In this document: piece after piece, positions 1-9,036 of the stretch
How the letters are laid out: each line of letters opens with the position of its first letter
Numbering within the stretch: position 1 is the first letter of the stretch
Source of the DNA: Candidatus Bathyarchaeia archaeon
GTDB lineage: Archaea > Thermoproteota > Bathyarchaeia > Bathyarchaeales > Bathycorpusculaceae
Length of the DNA: 64,000 bases
Reading direction: 5' to 3'
Assembly: GCA_038883775.1 (NCBI GenBank)
Contig: JAVZLM010000007.1
Span: 90,589 to 154,588 of the forward strand
Position numbers and translations under genes: made by a program
Notes under the pieces: model-generated
What the model saw: only the letters and a program-made list of their open reading frames with translations
What the model was told of the DNA's origin: nothing
Databases searched by the model: none

Positions 1-864
1 CTGGACATTCTCAGCAGTCCTCTATAAGGAAGCATTGTTAAAAACCAAGCCTATATCAGCGAACATTGTAAGACTTGTATGCATAAGTGCAATTCTGATT
101 ATTTATTTAATGGTTATTGGTAAAATTTCTATTTTAACAACTTTACCGCTTAACGCTGTTTCTGGCATGTCTAAGCGGAATAATTGGTTTAGGCTTCGGC
201 GACACATTATATATGTATAGCCTAAAACTTATAGGCGTGGCAAAAGCCGTTCCAATAACGTGTATCTATCCACTCTTCAACCTTTTATGGAGCATTTTCC
301 TTTTTAGAGGAGTCTATCACCCCCGCCAATAGTTTTTGGAGCACTCATAATCGTTTTTGGAATAGCACTTTTAAGCGGCGAAGAGAAGAGTGAAAACTCA
401 CAGAAAGTGCGTAAAGAAAACTTGGTTAAGGGAGTGATTTCCGCTTTAATTACAGCTTTAATGTGGTCCTTGAGCATAACATTAATAGACGTGGCGGTAA
501 CGCTTCCAGAAACGAGCAGTTTAGACAACGCCTTGGCAATTAACACCATTAGAACAATGGTAATTGCAGTTTTACTATTGGCTACTTCACCAATCATTGA
601 TAGAAAATTTGGCCTCTTAAAAATGCAAAGAAAACATTAGCCATGCTCATTTCAGGTGGTATCATAGCCCTCGGTTTAGGATGGTTCTTCCTTACATACA
701 GCTTCATACACGCTCGAGAAGCCCGTGTGGTCCCAATATCTTCCACCACTCCATTATTTTCAACATTGTCTGCAACAATTCTTCTCCATGAAACGGCAAC
801 GCCAAAGAACATTGTTGGAGCCATAATAGCTGTCGCAGGAATATTTCATCTTCTGAAAAGGTGA
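1..864 (+). pseudogene. EamA/DMT family transporter, 5'-truncated and frameshifted (possibly assembly errors)
   Basis: Joining frames gives a two-repeat DMT protein (LACLSGIIGLGFGDTLYMYSLKLIGVAKAVPITCIYPLF...; GGIIALGLGWFFLTYSFIHAREARVVPISSTTPLFS). Frameshifts fall at homopolymer runs near 160, 303, 322 and 635. Confidence 0.75.
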
Positions 865-932
865 AAAACGGTATAGTTTTATACTTCACATTGTTTAAAA
901 GGAAAACTTGGCGGACTGGAAGGTCGTAGGGC

Positions 933-1700
933 ATGGCTGTATCTCCAAGCGTTAGAGAAGTTCTTGCAAGGAGAATCGCAGGAGAAATAATCCTATCAAA
1001 CAAGCCAGGCGCCACCATGCGAAAATGGCGGGAACTTTTTGCTGTGTCGCAAACTAGTCTTTCAGATAAGATGGTTATAGCGCCTTCAGTTATTAGCGAT
1101 TACGAGAGCGGGAGGCGTGAGAGCCCAGGCACAAAGTTTGTTAGAAGGTTTGTTTGGGCATTATTGAAGATTGACGAAGAACGGGGAAGCCGTTTCATCC
1201 GTGAGTTTGCAAAGCTGACAAGTTCGCCGAGTGTTGCTATACTGGACCTTAGGGAATTTCCCATACCAGTTCGCATTGAATACTTGTGCAAAGCCATAAA
1301 AGGCGAGATAGTCGCATGTGCAAGCACATTTGTTAAAGAGGTTTATGGTTACACTGTTATTGACGAGAAGAGGGCTATTGAAACTCTTTCGGGCTTGGAG
1401 TACTCGCAACTTTTTGGTGCAACAACAGAGCGGGCACTTGTTTTTACAAATATTGGAAATGAGAATTCGCCCATGCTTATTGTGCGTTTGAACAATTTGA
1501 AGCCGCGGGTTGTGGTTTTCCAAGGCGCCAAACCAGACGAACATTCAATTAGACTAGCGGAGTATGACCGCATTCCACTCATATATTCTAGTTTGCCAAC
1601 CGTTGAGCAATTGATTAAATCCTTAAGAAAGCTTTATCGGATTGCGCTTCGCAGAAAACTTGGCAAACCAGTTCGGCCGCCCCCAAAAATAAGTGCATAA
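933..1700 (+). CDS. Archaeal XRE/Cro-type HTH transcriptional regulator (COG1709-like)
   Basis: RIAGEIILS..PGATMRKWRELF...SVISDYESGRRESPG HTH motif, with a C-terminal domain containing GATTERALVFT. Confidence 0.85.
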   Translation: MAVSPSVREVLARRIAGEIILSNKPGATMRKWRELFAVSQTSLSDKMVIAPSVISDYESGRRESPGTKFVRRFVWALLKIDEERGSRFIREFAKLTSSPSVAILDLREFPIPVRIEYLCKAIKGEIVACASTFVKEVYGYTVIDEKRAIETLSGLEYSQLFGATTERALVFTNIGNENSPMLIVRLNNLKPRVVVFQGAKPDEHSIRLAEYDRIPLIYSSLPTVEQLIKSLRKLYRIALRRKLGKPVRPPPKISA

Positions 1701-1716
1701 TGAGCGCGCATTGTTC

Positions 1717-2628
1717 ATGATTAAGGTTGGCTGTTGCGGCTTTCCCACGTCAATGAAAAAGTATTATGAAAACTTTAACCTTGTAGAGTTGAACAGCACA
1801 TTTTATCAATATCCACGCATGGAAACCGTTGAAGGCTGGCGAAAGAAAGCACCAGAAACTTTCGAGTTCACAGTAAAAGCTCATCAAGACATAAGCCACA
1901 AAGAAAAAATGAAACCCACCGACGCATGTCTTCAAGCTTTCGAAAAAATGAAAAAAATCTGTAAAACTCTAAATTCAAAGATACTGCTGGTTCAGACACC
2001 CGGTTCCTTCAGACCAGAAAAGCTTGATGATGCAGAAAAATTTTTCAAAGAAGCAAATCGCGAAGGCTTGGTTTTAGTTTGGGAGACTCGTGGACCAGCT
2101 TGGGAAACTCCAGAAACATACGAGAGACTTAGGAGGGTTTTAGAGGGGGTTAATGTTTCGCATGTGACTGATCCGTTTAGGGTTATGCCAGCTTATGTTA
2201 GTAAAATAGCTTATTTTAGGCTTCACGGGTTGGGCGAACAAATGTATTATTACCAGTATAGTAATGCAGAGTTGCAAAGGCTGAAGGAATCCATTACACC
2301 ATACGAGAAGAAGAGAAAAGAGGTTTATGTTTTATTCAACAATCTTTCCATGTTTGAAGATGCAATACGCTTCAGAAAATATTTGGCTGAGGGAAAGTTT
2401 CCAAAAGTTACAAGTTTCACTGGTTTACAAGCATTAAGAGAAGTTTTAGCAAGGACACGTTATCCCATTTCAAAAAGCATGTTGATTAAGAAAGTGGGAT
2501 GGAGGCTTGTGGAATTTGATGAGGGAAAACAGGAAAGGCTTGAAGCTTTTTTGGTTGATTTGCCTTCTAAGACATACAAAAATGTGGAAGAGCTTCTTAA
2601 TGAAATAAAAGCCGTCAAGAAGATTTGA
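1717..2628 (+). CDS. DUF72 (YecE-like TIM barrel) protein with a C-terminal DUF2795-like helical extension
   Basis: IKVGCCGF, VELNSTFY, FTVKA, YFRLHG and VYVLFNN motifs, plus ~65 extra aa (RYPISKSML...LPSKTYKNVEELL). ATG at 1717 preferred over GTG at 1693. Confidence 0.85.
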   Translation: MIKVGCCGFPTSMKKYYENFNLVELNSTFYQYPRMETVEGWRKKAPETFEFTVKAHQDISHKEKMKPTDACLQAFEKMKKICKTLNSKILLVQTPGSFRPEKLDDAEKFFKEANREGLVLVWETRGPAWETPETYERLRRVLEGVNVSHVTDPFRVMPAYVSKIAYFRLHGLGEQMYYYQYSNAELQRLKESITPYEKKRKEVYVLFNNLSMFEDAIRFRKYLAEGKFPKVTSFTGLQALREVLARTRYPISKSMLIKKVGWRLVEFDEGKQERLEAFLVDLPSKTYKNVEELLNEIKAVKKI

Positions 2629-3244
2629 TTAACTCCCTTTTTTCGAGTTCACTCTTCAATTTTTGGAAATCGTTAGTTAGTTCTTTTTTGTATTTGGCGC
2701 TGTAAAGGGCTGCAGCTGGATGAAAAGTTGGAAAAATTGTTAGACGCATGTTTAAAAGTGATGCTTCGTAGGTTTTTCCATGTGCTTGTGTGATGCTGCT
2801 TAGGAACAAGCTAGCCTTTGAGAAGATATATGCAGTGGAATGATTCCCAAGAGTAACAATAAATTCGGGTTGAATCGCCAAAATCTGCCTATCCAAATAA
2901 GGTGTGCATGTTTGAATTTCTTTTGGCGTTGGTTCACGGTTTCTTGGCGGTCTACATTTTAGGATGTTGGCTATGAAAACATCCCCTCTCGAAAAGTCTA
3001 AATTGGCTAATAATGTGTCAAGAAATTTTCCAGCAGCACCTACGAAGGGTCTTCCTTGAACGTCTTCCCAATAACCAGGCGCCTCACCAATAAACATTAT
3101 TTTTGCATTCGGGTTGCCTTCGCCTGGAACAGCATTTTTACGAGTTTTATGTAAATTGCATTTTTTACAATCCAAGATTTCCATTGCTATTATTTCTAGC
3201 TGGTCTTTTTTGGTTAACATGATGTTGCTGACCTCCTTTTTCAT
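2615..3244 (-). CDS. udg: Family 4 uracil-DNA glycosylase (4Fe-4S)
   Basis: CKKC, GEAPG, KCRPPRNREP and FHPAAALY motifs. Confidence 0.95.
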   Translation of the reverse strand: MKKEVSNIMLTKKDQLEIIAMEILDCKKCNLHKTRKNAVPGEGNPNAKIMFIGEAPGYWEDVQGRPFVGAAGKFLDTLLANLDFSRGDVFIANILKCRPPRNREPTPKEIQTCTPYLDRQILAIQPEFIVTLGNHSTAYIFSKASLFLSSITQAHGKTYEASLLNMRLTIFPTFHPAAALYSAKYKKELTNDFQKLKSELEKRELIKSS

Positions 3245-3381
3245 ATGTCTTATGGATCATGTGAATTTAAATTTGGTCGCGGTTGTAGCAACTAAGAACC
3301 CTAACAGGATAATCGTCAAAAATCTAGGTAGGAAGGTTTAGAAAATACTAAATTGGAACTTCACCACCAACAAGATTAACA

Positions 3382-3430
3382 TGAAAAAACCTAGAGGGTA
3401 GGGTCCGTATTGGTTGTTTTTAAATCCAAA
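3382..3430 (-). repeat. Dispersed intergenic repeat, copy 1
   Basis: The minus strand reads TTTGGATTTAAAAACAACCAATACGGACCCTACCCTCTAGGTTTTTTCA, nearly identical to 22405..22451 on the plus strand. Confidence 0.85.
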
Positions 3431-3441
3431 AGTATGTTGTT

Positions 3442-4401
3442 TCAGCGCAGTTGTCTATTTAATGCCTCTTTAAGTGCTGGCAATATTTGGTATAAGTCGC
3501 CTACAACGCCATAGTCTGCAACCTCAAATATGGGCGCATTCTCATCCTTGTTAATAGCCACTATCACCTTTGCGTCTCGGATTCCGGCTACGTGCTGTAT
3601 TACGCCAGAAATTCCGCATGCGATGTAAAGTTTCGGTTTAACTTTATGCCCTGACAATCCAACCCACTCTGTAAACCATTTTCTATCTTCGGCCAAAGGT
3701 CTCGTGTTGCCCACTTGCCCGTTGAGGATTTTTGCCAATTCTTCCAGCAAGGCTGTGTCTTCTTTCTTTTCTAATCCCCTTCCGCAACTGACTATTACGT
3801 CAGCATCCTCAATTCTTACAGCAGAAATTCCGAGAGGTTTAGTTTCGATGATTTCTGTTTTTGGCGCTTCAATTTTTGCTTCGAAATTTATTATTTGCCC
3901 GCTGCGGTCTTTTGGTTGAGGCTTTTCAAAGGTTCTTTGAGGTATTGTTGCTATTTGCGGTTTCGTTTTGTAGGTTAATTTTGCAGTGGCGTTTCCGCCG
4001 TAGGTTATTCTTTCGCATACAAGTCTTCCCTGTTCGTCAACACCTAGCCTATTGCAGTCTGGGATGCATCCAGTTTGGAGACGGGTTGCGAGTCTGGCTG
4101 CCAACGGTTTTCCATTTCTTGTGGAGCCAATTAACACTACTTCTGGTTTGTAGTTTACCACTAAACTATAAAGAATGCTGAGGTATGGTTCTGTTTGAAA
4201 ATGGGTTAAGGTTTGATTTTCCACTACGAAAACTTTGTCCGCCCCATAGTTTATTAGCGCCTTTGCCTTTTCTTGAACACCATATCCGATCACAACAGCC
4301 GCCAATTCCTTTTGCAATTTATCCGCTATTTCTCTCCCTTTCCCGAGCATCTCCAGAGTCAAATCGTGCTTTTCAGAATAAACCAGAATCATGCCCTTCA
4401 C
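3442..4401 (-). CDS. etfA: Electron transfer flavoprotein subunit alpha
   Basis: VSCGRG, VGLSGHKVKPKLYIACGISGVIQHVAGI and AINKDENAPIF motifs. Confidence 0.95.
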   Translation of the reverse strand: MKGMILVYSEKHDLTLEMLGKGREIADKLQKELAAVVIGYGVQEKAKALINYGADKVFVVENQTLTHFQTEPYLSILYSLVVNYKPEVVLIGSTRNGKPLAARLATRLQTGCIPDCNRLGVDEQGRLVCERITYGGNATAKLTYKTKPQIATIPQRTFEKPQPKDRSGQIINFEAKIEAPKTEIIETKPLGISAVRIEDADVIVSCGRGLEKKEDTALLEELAKILNGQVGNTRPLAEDRKWFTEWVGLSGHKVKPKLYIACGISGVIQHVAGIRDAKVIVAINKDENAPIFEVADYGVVGDLYQILPALKEALNRQLR

Positions 4402-5192
4402 CTTCCAACAACGCCTTCCTCAACCAACGCCTTAACCAGTTTTTCAGCAATTTCTTGTGGCGTTTCACCCGTTATCTTTATTTTTTTGCGTTCTGTTTTT
4501 GGAGCCAAAACTTCCATTACTTCAATCTTTGCATCCAAATTCTCTTTTTGAAGGTTTAAGTCTGCAGCTGTCCATGTTATTATTTCTTTTTTAGAAGCTT
4601 TCATAATCATCATTAGCGAGGGAATTCTGGGCTGATTTATCTCTCTTGTAACCGAAACTAAAGCGGGCGTTTTCACTTTCACAGTTTCAACTGCTTCTTC
4701 AAGGGCTCTTTCTGCAATAATCACATCATTTTCAACGGAAATTTTTCTAACAGAACTCACATGCGCCAATCCCAAAAGCTCCGCCAATCTTGAACTGACA
4801 AGTCCAGAAAAACTGTCAAGGGAAGTTTCGCCGCAAAGAATCAAGTCAAAGGCTCCAATTTTTTTGATGGCTCCTGCTAGAATATACGCTGTGCCCAAAG
4901 TGTCAACTTCTTTAAAAAGGGGGTCCATAACCATGTAAGCCTTGTCTGCTCCCATGGCTAGGGCTTCCCGCAAAACAGTTTTTGCATCTTCCGCTGTGAC
5001 TGTTACCGTTATTATTTCGATGTTGCCAATTTTCTCCTTAATCCTAATGGCTTCTTCTAAGGCGTTCTTGTCAAAATCGCTTATTTTTTTGGCTGCACCA
5101 GCCGTTATCAGCTGTCTTGTTGCTGGATCCACTTTTAATTGTGAAACGTCAATTGCTTGTTTTAGGCAAACAATTATTCTATTCAACAACAC
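4398..5192 (-). CDS. etfB: Electron transfer flavoprotein subunit beta
   Basis: IIVCLKQ, DKNALEEAIRIKE, ALAMGADKA and INQPRIPSL motifs; overlaps etfA. Confidence 0.95.
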   Translation of the reverse strand: MLLNRIIVCLKQAIDVSQLKVDPATRQLITAGAAKKISDFDKNALEEAIRIKEKIGNIEIITVTVTAEDAKTVLREALAMGADKAYMVMDPLFKEVDTLGTAYILAGAIKKIGAFDLILCGETSLDSFSGLVSSRLAELLGLAHVSSVRKISVENDVIIAERALEEAVETVKVKTPALVSVTREINQPRIPSLMMIMKASKKEIITWTAADLNLQKENLDAKIEVMEVLAPKTERKKIKITGETPQEIAEKLVKALVEEGVVGR

Positions 5193-5341
5193 TCACTTCT
5201 GACAGAGGTTATTAGGAAACCTACAATTTCTAGCGCTTGTAAAAAACTTTTGCGCTCTAATTTTATCCTTTTAAAGGTAAATTTCGGCTGAACCGCGGAT
5301 ATGTATAAAAACTTATTAGTATATGTTTTTTATGGTCTTTT

Positions 5342-6457
5342 ATGGAAGAAGCAAACATAGTCATTATAGGAGCTGGCATAGTTGGCTTAGCTGTGGCTGC
5401 AAAAATTTCTGAAAAAAATGAAGGAGTCTATATTTTAGAGAAAAACGCAAAGTTTGGACAAGAAACAAGCACTCACAACAGTGGCGTAATCCACTCTGGA
5501 ATTCATTATCCGCCTGGTTCTCTTAAAGCCAAGTTATGCGTTAAGGGCAATTTGATGATTTACGAAATCTGCGAGAAATACAAGATTCCCTGTAAGCGCT
5601 TAGGAAAGTTAACTGTAGCCATTGAAGAGGAAGAAATGGAGGAGTTAGAAAAACTGAGGCGTTGGGGAGAAACCAACGGAGTGGAAGGTTTAAAGATTTT
5701 AGAAAGGGAAGATGTTAAGCGGTTAGAACCAAATGTTGAGGTGGAAAAGGCGCTTTATACGCCTTCCACAGGCATTGTGGAACCTGACGAGTTTATGAAC
5801 TATTTTTATGCAAAAGCCTCTCAAAATGGGGCTGTTTTGGCTACAAAAACAGAGGTGACAGGCTTAAGGAAGATGGATGACTATTACGAGGTGAGCGGAA
5901 TAAGTTTGGGCGAAAAATTCACCATCAAAGCCAAAAGTGTGATAAACTGTGCTGGGCTTTATTCGGACAAAATCGCCAAACTTATTGGGTTGGACGTGGA
6001 AAAACTTGGTTATAAATTGCATTATTGTAAAGGCGATTACTTTAGGCTTATTGGTAAACCTCCAGTAAAAATGCTCGTTTATCCGGTTCCAAAAGGACCA
6101 GGATTGGGAATTCACTTAACTCCAGATTTAGCTGGGGTGGTGAAGCTTGGACCAAACGCCTATTACGTGGACAATATCAGTTACGAAGTAAGTTCTAGCG
6201 AAGAGGAGTTTCGGGAAGATGTGAAGAGGTTTTTGCCATGCATCGCTAACTATCAATTAACATCAGATTTTGCTGGGGTAAGACCAAAACTTCAAGGCCC
6301 AGGGGAAGGATTTAGAGATTTCGTTATAAGGCATGAGGATGATAAGGGTTTGTTTGGTTTTATAAATTTGATAGGCATCGAGTCGCCGGGTTTAACGGCA
6401 GCTCCAGCCATTGGCGAGTTTGTTTCCGAAATATATGAGAACAAAGTTAAAAAGTGA
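5342..6457 (+). CDS. FAD-dependent oxidoreductase, L-2-hydroxyglutarate oxidase/dehydrogenase (LhgO-like) family
   Basis: GAGIVG, ETSTHNSGVIHSGIHYPPGSLKAKLC, GLGIHLT and GIESPGLTAAPAI motifs. Confidence 0.85.
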   Translation: MEEANIVIIGAGIVGLAVAAKISEKNEGVYILEKNAKFGQETSTHNSGVIHSGIHYPPGSLKAKLCVKGNLMIYEICEKYKIPCKRLGKLTVAIEEEEMEELEKLRRWGETNGVEGLKILEREDVKRLEPNVEVEKALYTPSTGIVEPDEFMNYFYAKASQNGAVLATKTEVTGLRKMDDYYEVSGISLGEKFTIKAKSVINCAGLYSDKIAKLIGLDVEKLGYKLHYCKGDYFRLIGKPPVKMLVYPVPKGPGLGIHLTPDLAGVVKLGPNAYYVDNISYEVSSSEEEFREDVKRFLPCIANYQLTSDFAGVRPKLQGPGEGFRDFVIRHEDDKGLFGFINLIGIESPGLTAAPAIGEFVSEIYENKVKK

Positions 6458-6549
6458 AAAAATTTTCAGAAAAAGGGTTTAAGCGTGAAACACCTGAATA
6501 GAGTTTTATTTAATGCCAACAACAAAAGGGAACAGAGGCTGCGTGGAAA

Positions 6550-7674
6550 ATGGCTTCCAAAACAGTTTTCTGGCAAGGAAACGAGGCTTGTGTTGAAGCA
6601 GCAATAATTGCTGGCTGCCATTTTTTCGCTGGATATCCCATATCCCCTGCGAACGAAATCTCTGAGTATATGGCAGAGCGTCTGCCAAAAGTTGGTGGCA
6701 TTTTCATGCAGATGGAAGATGAAATAGCTTCCATAGGCGCTGTTATGGGGGCTAGTTGGTGTGGAGCGAAGGCTATGACCGCTACCTCTGGACCAGGCTT
6801 CAGCTTGATGCAAGAAACAATTGGATGGGGGTTTATGACGGAGACGCCTTGCGTTGTTGTTGATGTGCAGAGGGTTGGACCTGGCACTGGACAAGCCACT
6901 AAGGCTGCTCAGGGCGATGTAATGCAGGCTCGTTGGGGGACGCATGGCGACTATTCTGCTATTGCGCTTTCTCCCAATTCTGTTCAAGAACTGTTTGAGC
7001 TCACAATTAGAGCTTTTAACTTGGCTGAAAAGTATCGCACCCCTGTTGTCATTTTAACTGATGAAATAATAGCTCACGTTAGAGAGCAAGTTGCAATCCC
7101 GCCATTAGAAAAAATTGAAATAATAAATAGAAAAAAGCCCAAGGCTGAAGACAAAATGTTTTTTGGTTTAGAGAACGTGGCGCCCATGCCATCAGTTGGC
7201 GAGGGTTTTAATGTTGCTGTTACCGCTTCAACCCACGATGAATATGGAGTCCGTTTTACAGCAGACCCAAAAGTGCATAGGCGAATGTTAGAAGCCATCA
7301 ACAACAAGATAAACAAAAACGTGGATGACATAGTGGAAGTTGAAACTTACAACGTTAACAACTGCCAAGTTGGCATAGTCTCTTTTGGATGTGCATCCCG
7401 AGCAGTTTACGAAGCCGTAGAGGCTGCAGAAACTAAGGGAATAAAAACTGGTTATGTTCGTCTAAAAACCATTTGGCCCTTCCCAGAAAAACAAATCGAA
7501 CGGTTAGCAGAATCTGCTGAGAAAATAATTGTTCCTGAGATGAATCTTGGGCAGATATTTTATGAGGTTAAAAGAGTTGCATGTTCTAGAAAAGTTGTTC
7601 CTTTGAATAAAATTGGCGGGGGAGAAATGATTACGCCTGAGGAGATTTTGGCTGAAATTTTAAGGGGGCGATGA
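6550..7674 (+). CDS. korA: 2-oxoacid:ferredoxin oxidoreductase alpha subunit (KorA-type)
   Basis: GYPISP, QMEDEIAS, TATSGPGFSLMQE and VQRVGP motifs. Confidence 0.9.
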   Translation: MASKTVFWQGNEACVEAAIIAGCHFFAGYPISPANEISEYMAERLPKVGGIFMQMEDEIASIGAVMGASWCGAKAMTATSGPGFSLMQETIGWGFMTETPCVVVDVQRVGPGTGQATKAAQGDVMQARWGTHGDYSAIALSPNSVQELFELTIRAFNLAEKYRTPVVILTDEIIAHVREQVAIPPLEKIEIINRKKPKAEDKMFFGLENVAPMPSVGEGFNVAVTASTHDEYGVRFTADPKVHRRMLEAINNKINKNVDDIVEVETYNVNNCQVGIVSFGCASRAVYEAVEAAETKGIKTGYVRLKTIWPFPEKQIERLAESAEKIIVPEMNLGQIFYEVKRVACSRKVVPLNKIGGGEMITPEEILAEILRGR

Positions 7675-7678
7675 ATGG

Positions 7679-8512
7679 ATGGGTGAAGCCTTTTCAAGTC
7701 GTAATTATATGAGAGATTTAAGATTGCCCTTCTGTCCTGGATGTGGCTTGTTTGCTTTAAGTGACACCTTTTTGAGGGCTGTTCACGAATTGGGTTATAA
7801 AGATTTGAGTAATTTCATTTTTACAAGCGGTATAGGCTGCACTTCTTGGATTCCATCACCATATTTTAAGGCTGATTCTATCCACACGCTTCATGGAAGA
7901 AGCATACCCCCAGCAACAAGCATAAAACTCCTAAAACCAAACTTTCACGTTGTCGTCTTCGGAGGAGACGGCGACATAGTCGGCATAGGCTTAAGCCACT
8001 TCATCCACGCAGCAAGGCGAAACACGGATATTCTTGTGATAATGGGGAACAACATGGTTTATGGCATGACGGGAGGTCAAGTGGCACCCACAACTCCTTA
8101 TAAAGCCTACACAACCACAACGCCCTATGGAAGCTTTGAGCATCCCTTAGACGCTGCAAAACTTGCAGTGGCGGCAGGCGCAGCCTACGTAGCCAGATGG
8201 ACAACCGCCCACCTAAATGAATTGAAAGAATCCATCAAGAAAGCAATACGGTTGCAAGGTTTTCGTTTCATTGAAGTTGTAACCCAATGCCCAACAGCCT
8301 ACGGCAGAAGAATGGGCTTTAAAAATGTTGGAGAGATGCTGAAGTGGTTTAGGGAAAACTCCATTCCCTTCAAGCAGACGGAAGGAATGCGAGAAGAAGA
8401 TTTGGAGGGTAAAATTGTTGTTGGAGAGTTTGTGGAAAGGAGGCGTCCGACGCTTGTGGAGAATGTTTACGCTTTGTTAAAGGAGGCGCAGAAAGGTGGC
8501 AAAAAGGATTGA
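7679..8512 (+). CDS. korB: 2-oxoacid:ferredoxin oxidoreductase beta subunit (TPP-binding)
   Basis: FCPGCG, SGIGC, GGDGD and NNMVYGMTGGQ motifs. Confidence 0.9.
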   Translation: MGEAFSSRNYMRDLRLPFCPGCGLFALSDTFLRAVHELGYKDLSNFIFTSGIGCTSWIPSPYFKADSIHTLHGRSIPPATSIKLLKPNFHVVVFGGDGDIVGIGLSHFIHAARRNTDILVIMGNNMVYGMTGGQVAPTTPYKAYTTTTPYGSFEHPLDAAKLAVAAGAAYVARWTTAHLNELKESIKKAIRLQGFRFIEVVTQCPTAYGRRMGFKNVGEMLKWFRENSIPFKQTEGMREEDLEGKIVVGEFVERRRPTLVENVYALLKEAQKGGKKD

Positions 8513-9029
8513 AATAATAATAGGTGGAAGTGGCGGTCAAGGTGTTGTTTTAGCCGGACAAGTGTTGGGTAAGGCTGTTGCTTATGAAGGCAAAAAAGTT
8601 TTGCAAACACAAAGTTATGGAGCCGAAGCAAGGGGAAGCCTAGCGAGAAGCGAAGTGATAATTTCAGATGAAAAAATAGGTTTTCCAGCTGTTAGAAAAT
8701 GCGACATACTAGTTGCTATGAACCAGGAATCCTTAGATGCATATTTGTGTTGTCTCAAGGATGATGGGCTGCTAATAGTTGATAGCACAAATGTGCAGGA
8801 AATCCATGAAGCAAAGGCGAAGGTCTACAGAATTCCCATAACAGAAACTTGCAAGAAAATGTTTGGGGAAGCGACATATGCAAACATGATGATGCTTGGA
8901 GCCTTAACTAAAATAACAAGGCTTGTTAATGGCAAAACTATGGAAAAGGTCATTGAGGAAACTGTGCCCGCAAAAACTTTAGACCCTAACCTGAAAGCCT
9001 TCCAGAAAGGTCAAGAGCTAATATCATAA
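8496..9029 (+). CDS. korC: 2-oxoacid:ferredoxin oxidoreductase gamma subunit
   Basis: GSGGQG, QSYGAEARG and ANMMMLGA motifs. Confidence 0.9.
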   Translation: MAKRIEIIIGGSGGQGVVLAGQVLGKAVAYEGKKVLQTQSYGAEARGSLARSEVIISDEKIGFPAVRKCDILVAMNQESLDAYLCCLKDDGLLIVDSTNVQEIHEAKAKVYRIPITETCKKMFGEATYANMMMLGALTKITRLVNGKTMEKVIEETVPAKTLDPNLKAFQKGQELIS

Positions 9030-9036
9030 TGGTGTC

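Noticed and set aside
872-885. GTATA-GTTT-TATAC palindrome upstream of the HTH regulator
   Set aside because: Short and AT-rich; expected by chance in a promoter region.
3391-3412. GGGT(T/C)CG in the dispersed repeat as a tRNA fragment, CRISPR repeat or attC site
   Set aside because: No cloverleaf, no regular spacer array and no RYYYAAC/GTTRRRY boxes.
6466-6987. Long antisense ORFs (also 43306..43872, 30992..31477, 23651..24136, 14121..14552)
   Set aside because: They are shadows of well-supported genes on the opposite strand and have no recognisable motifs.
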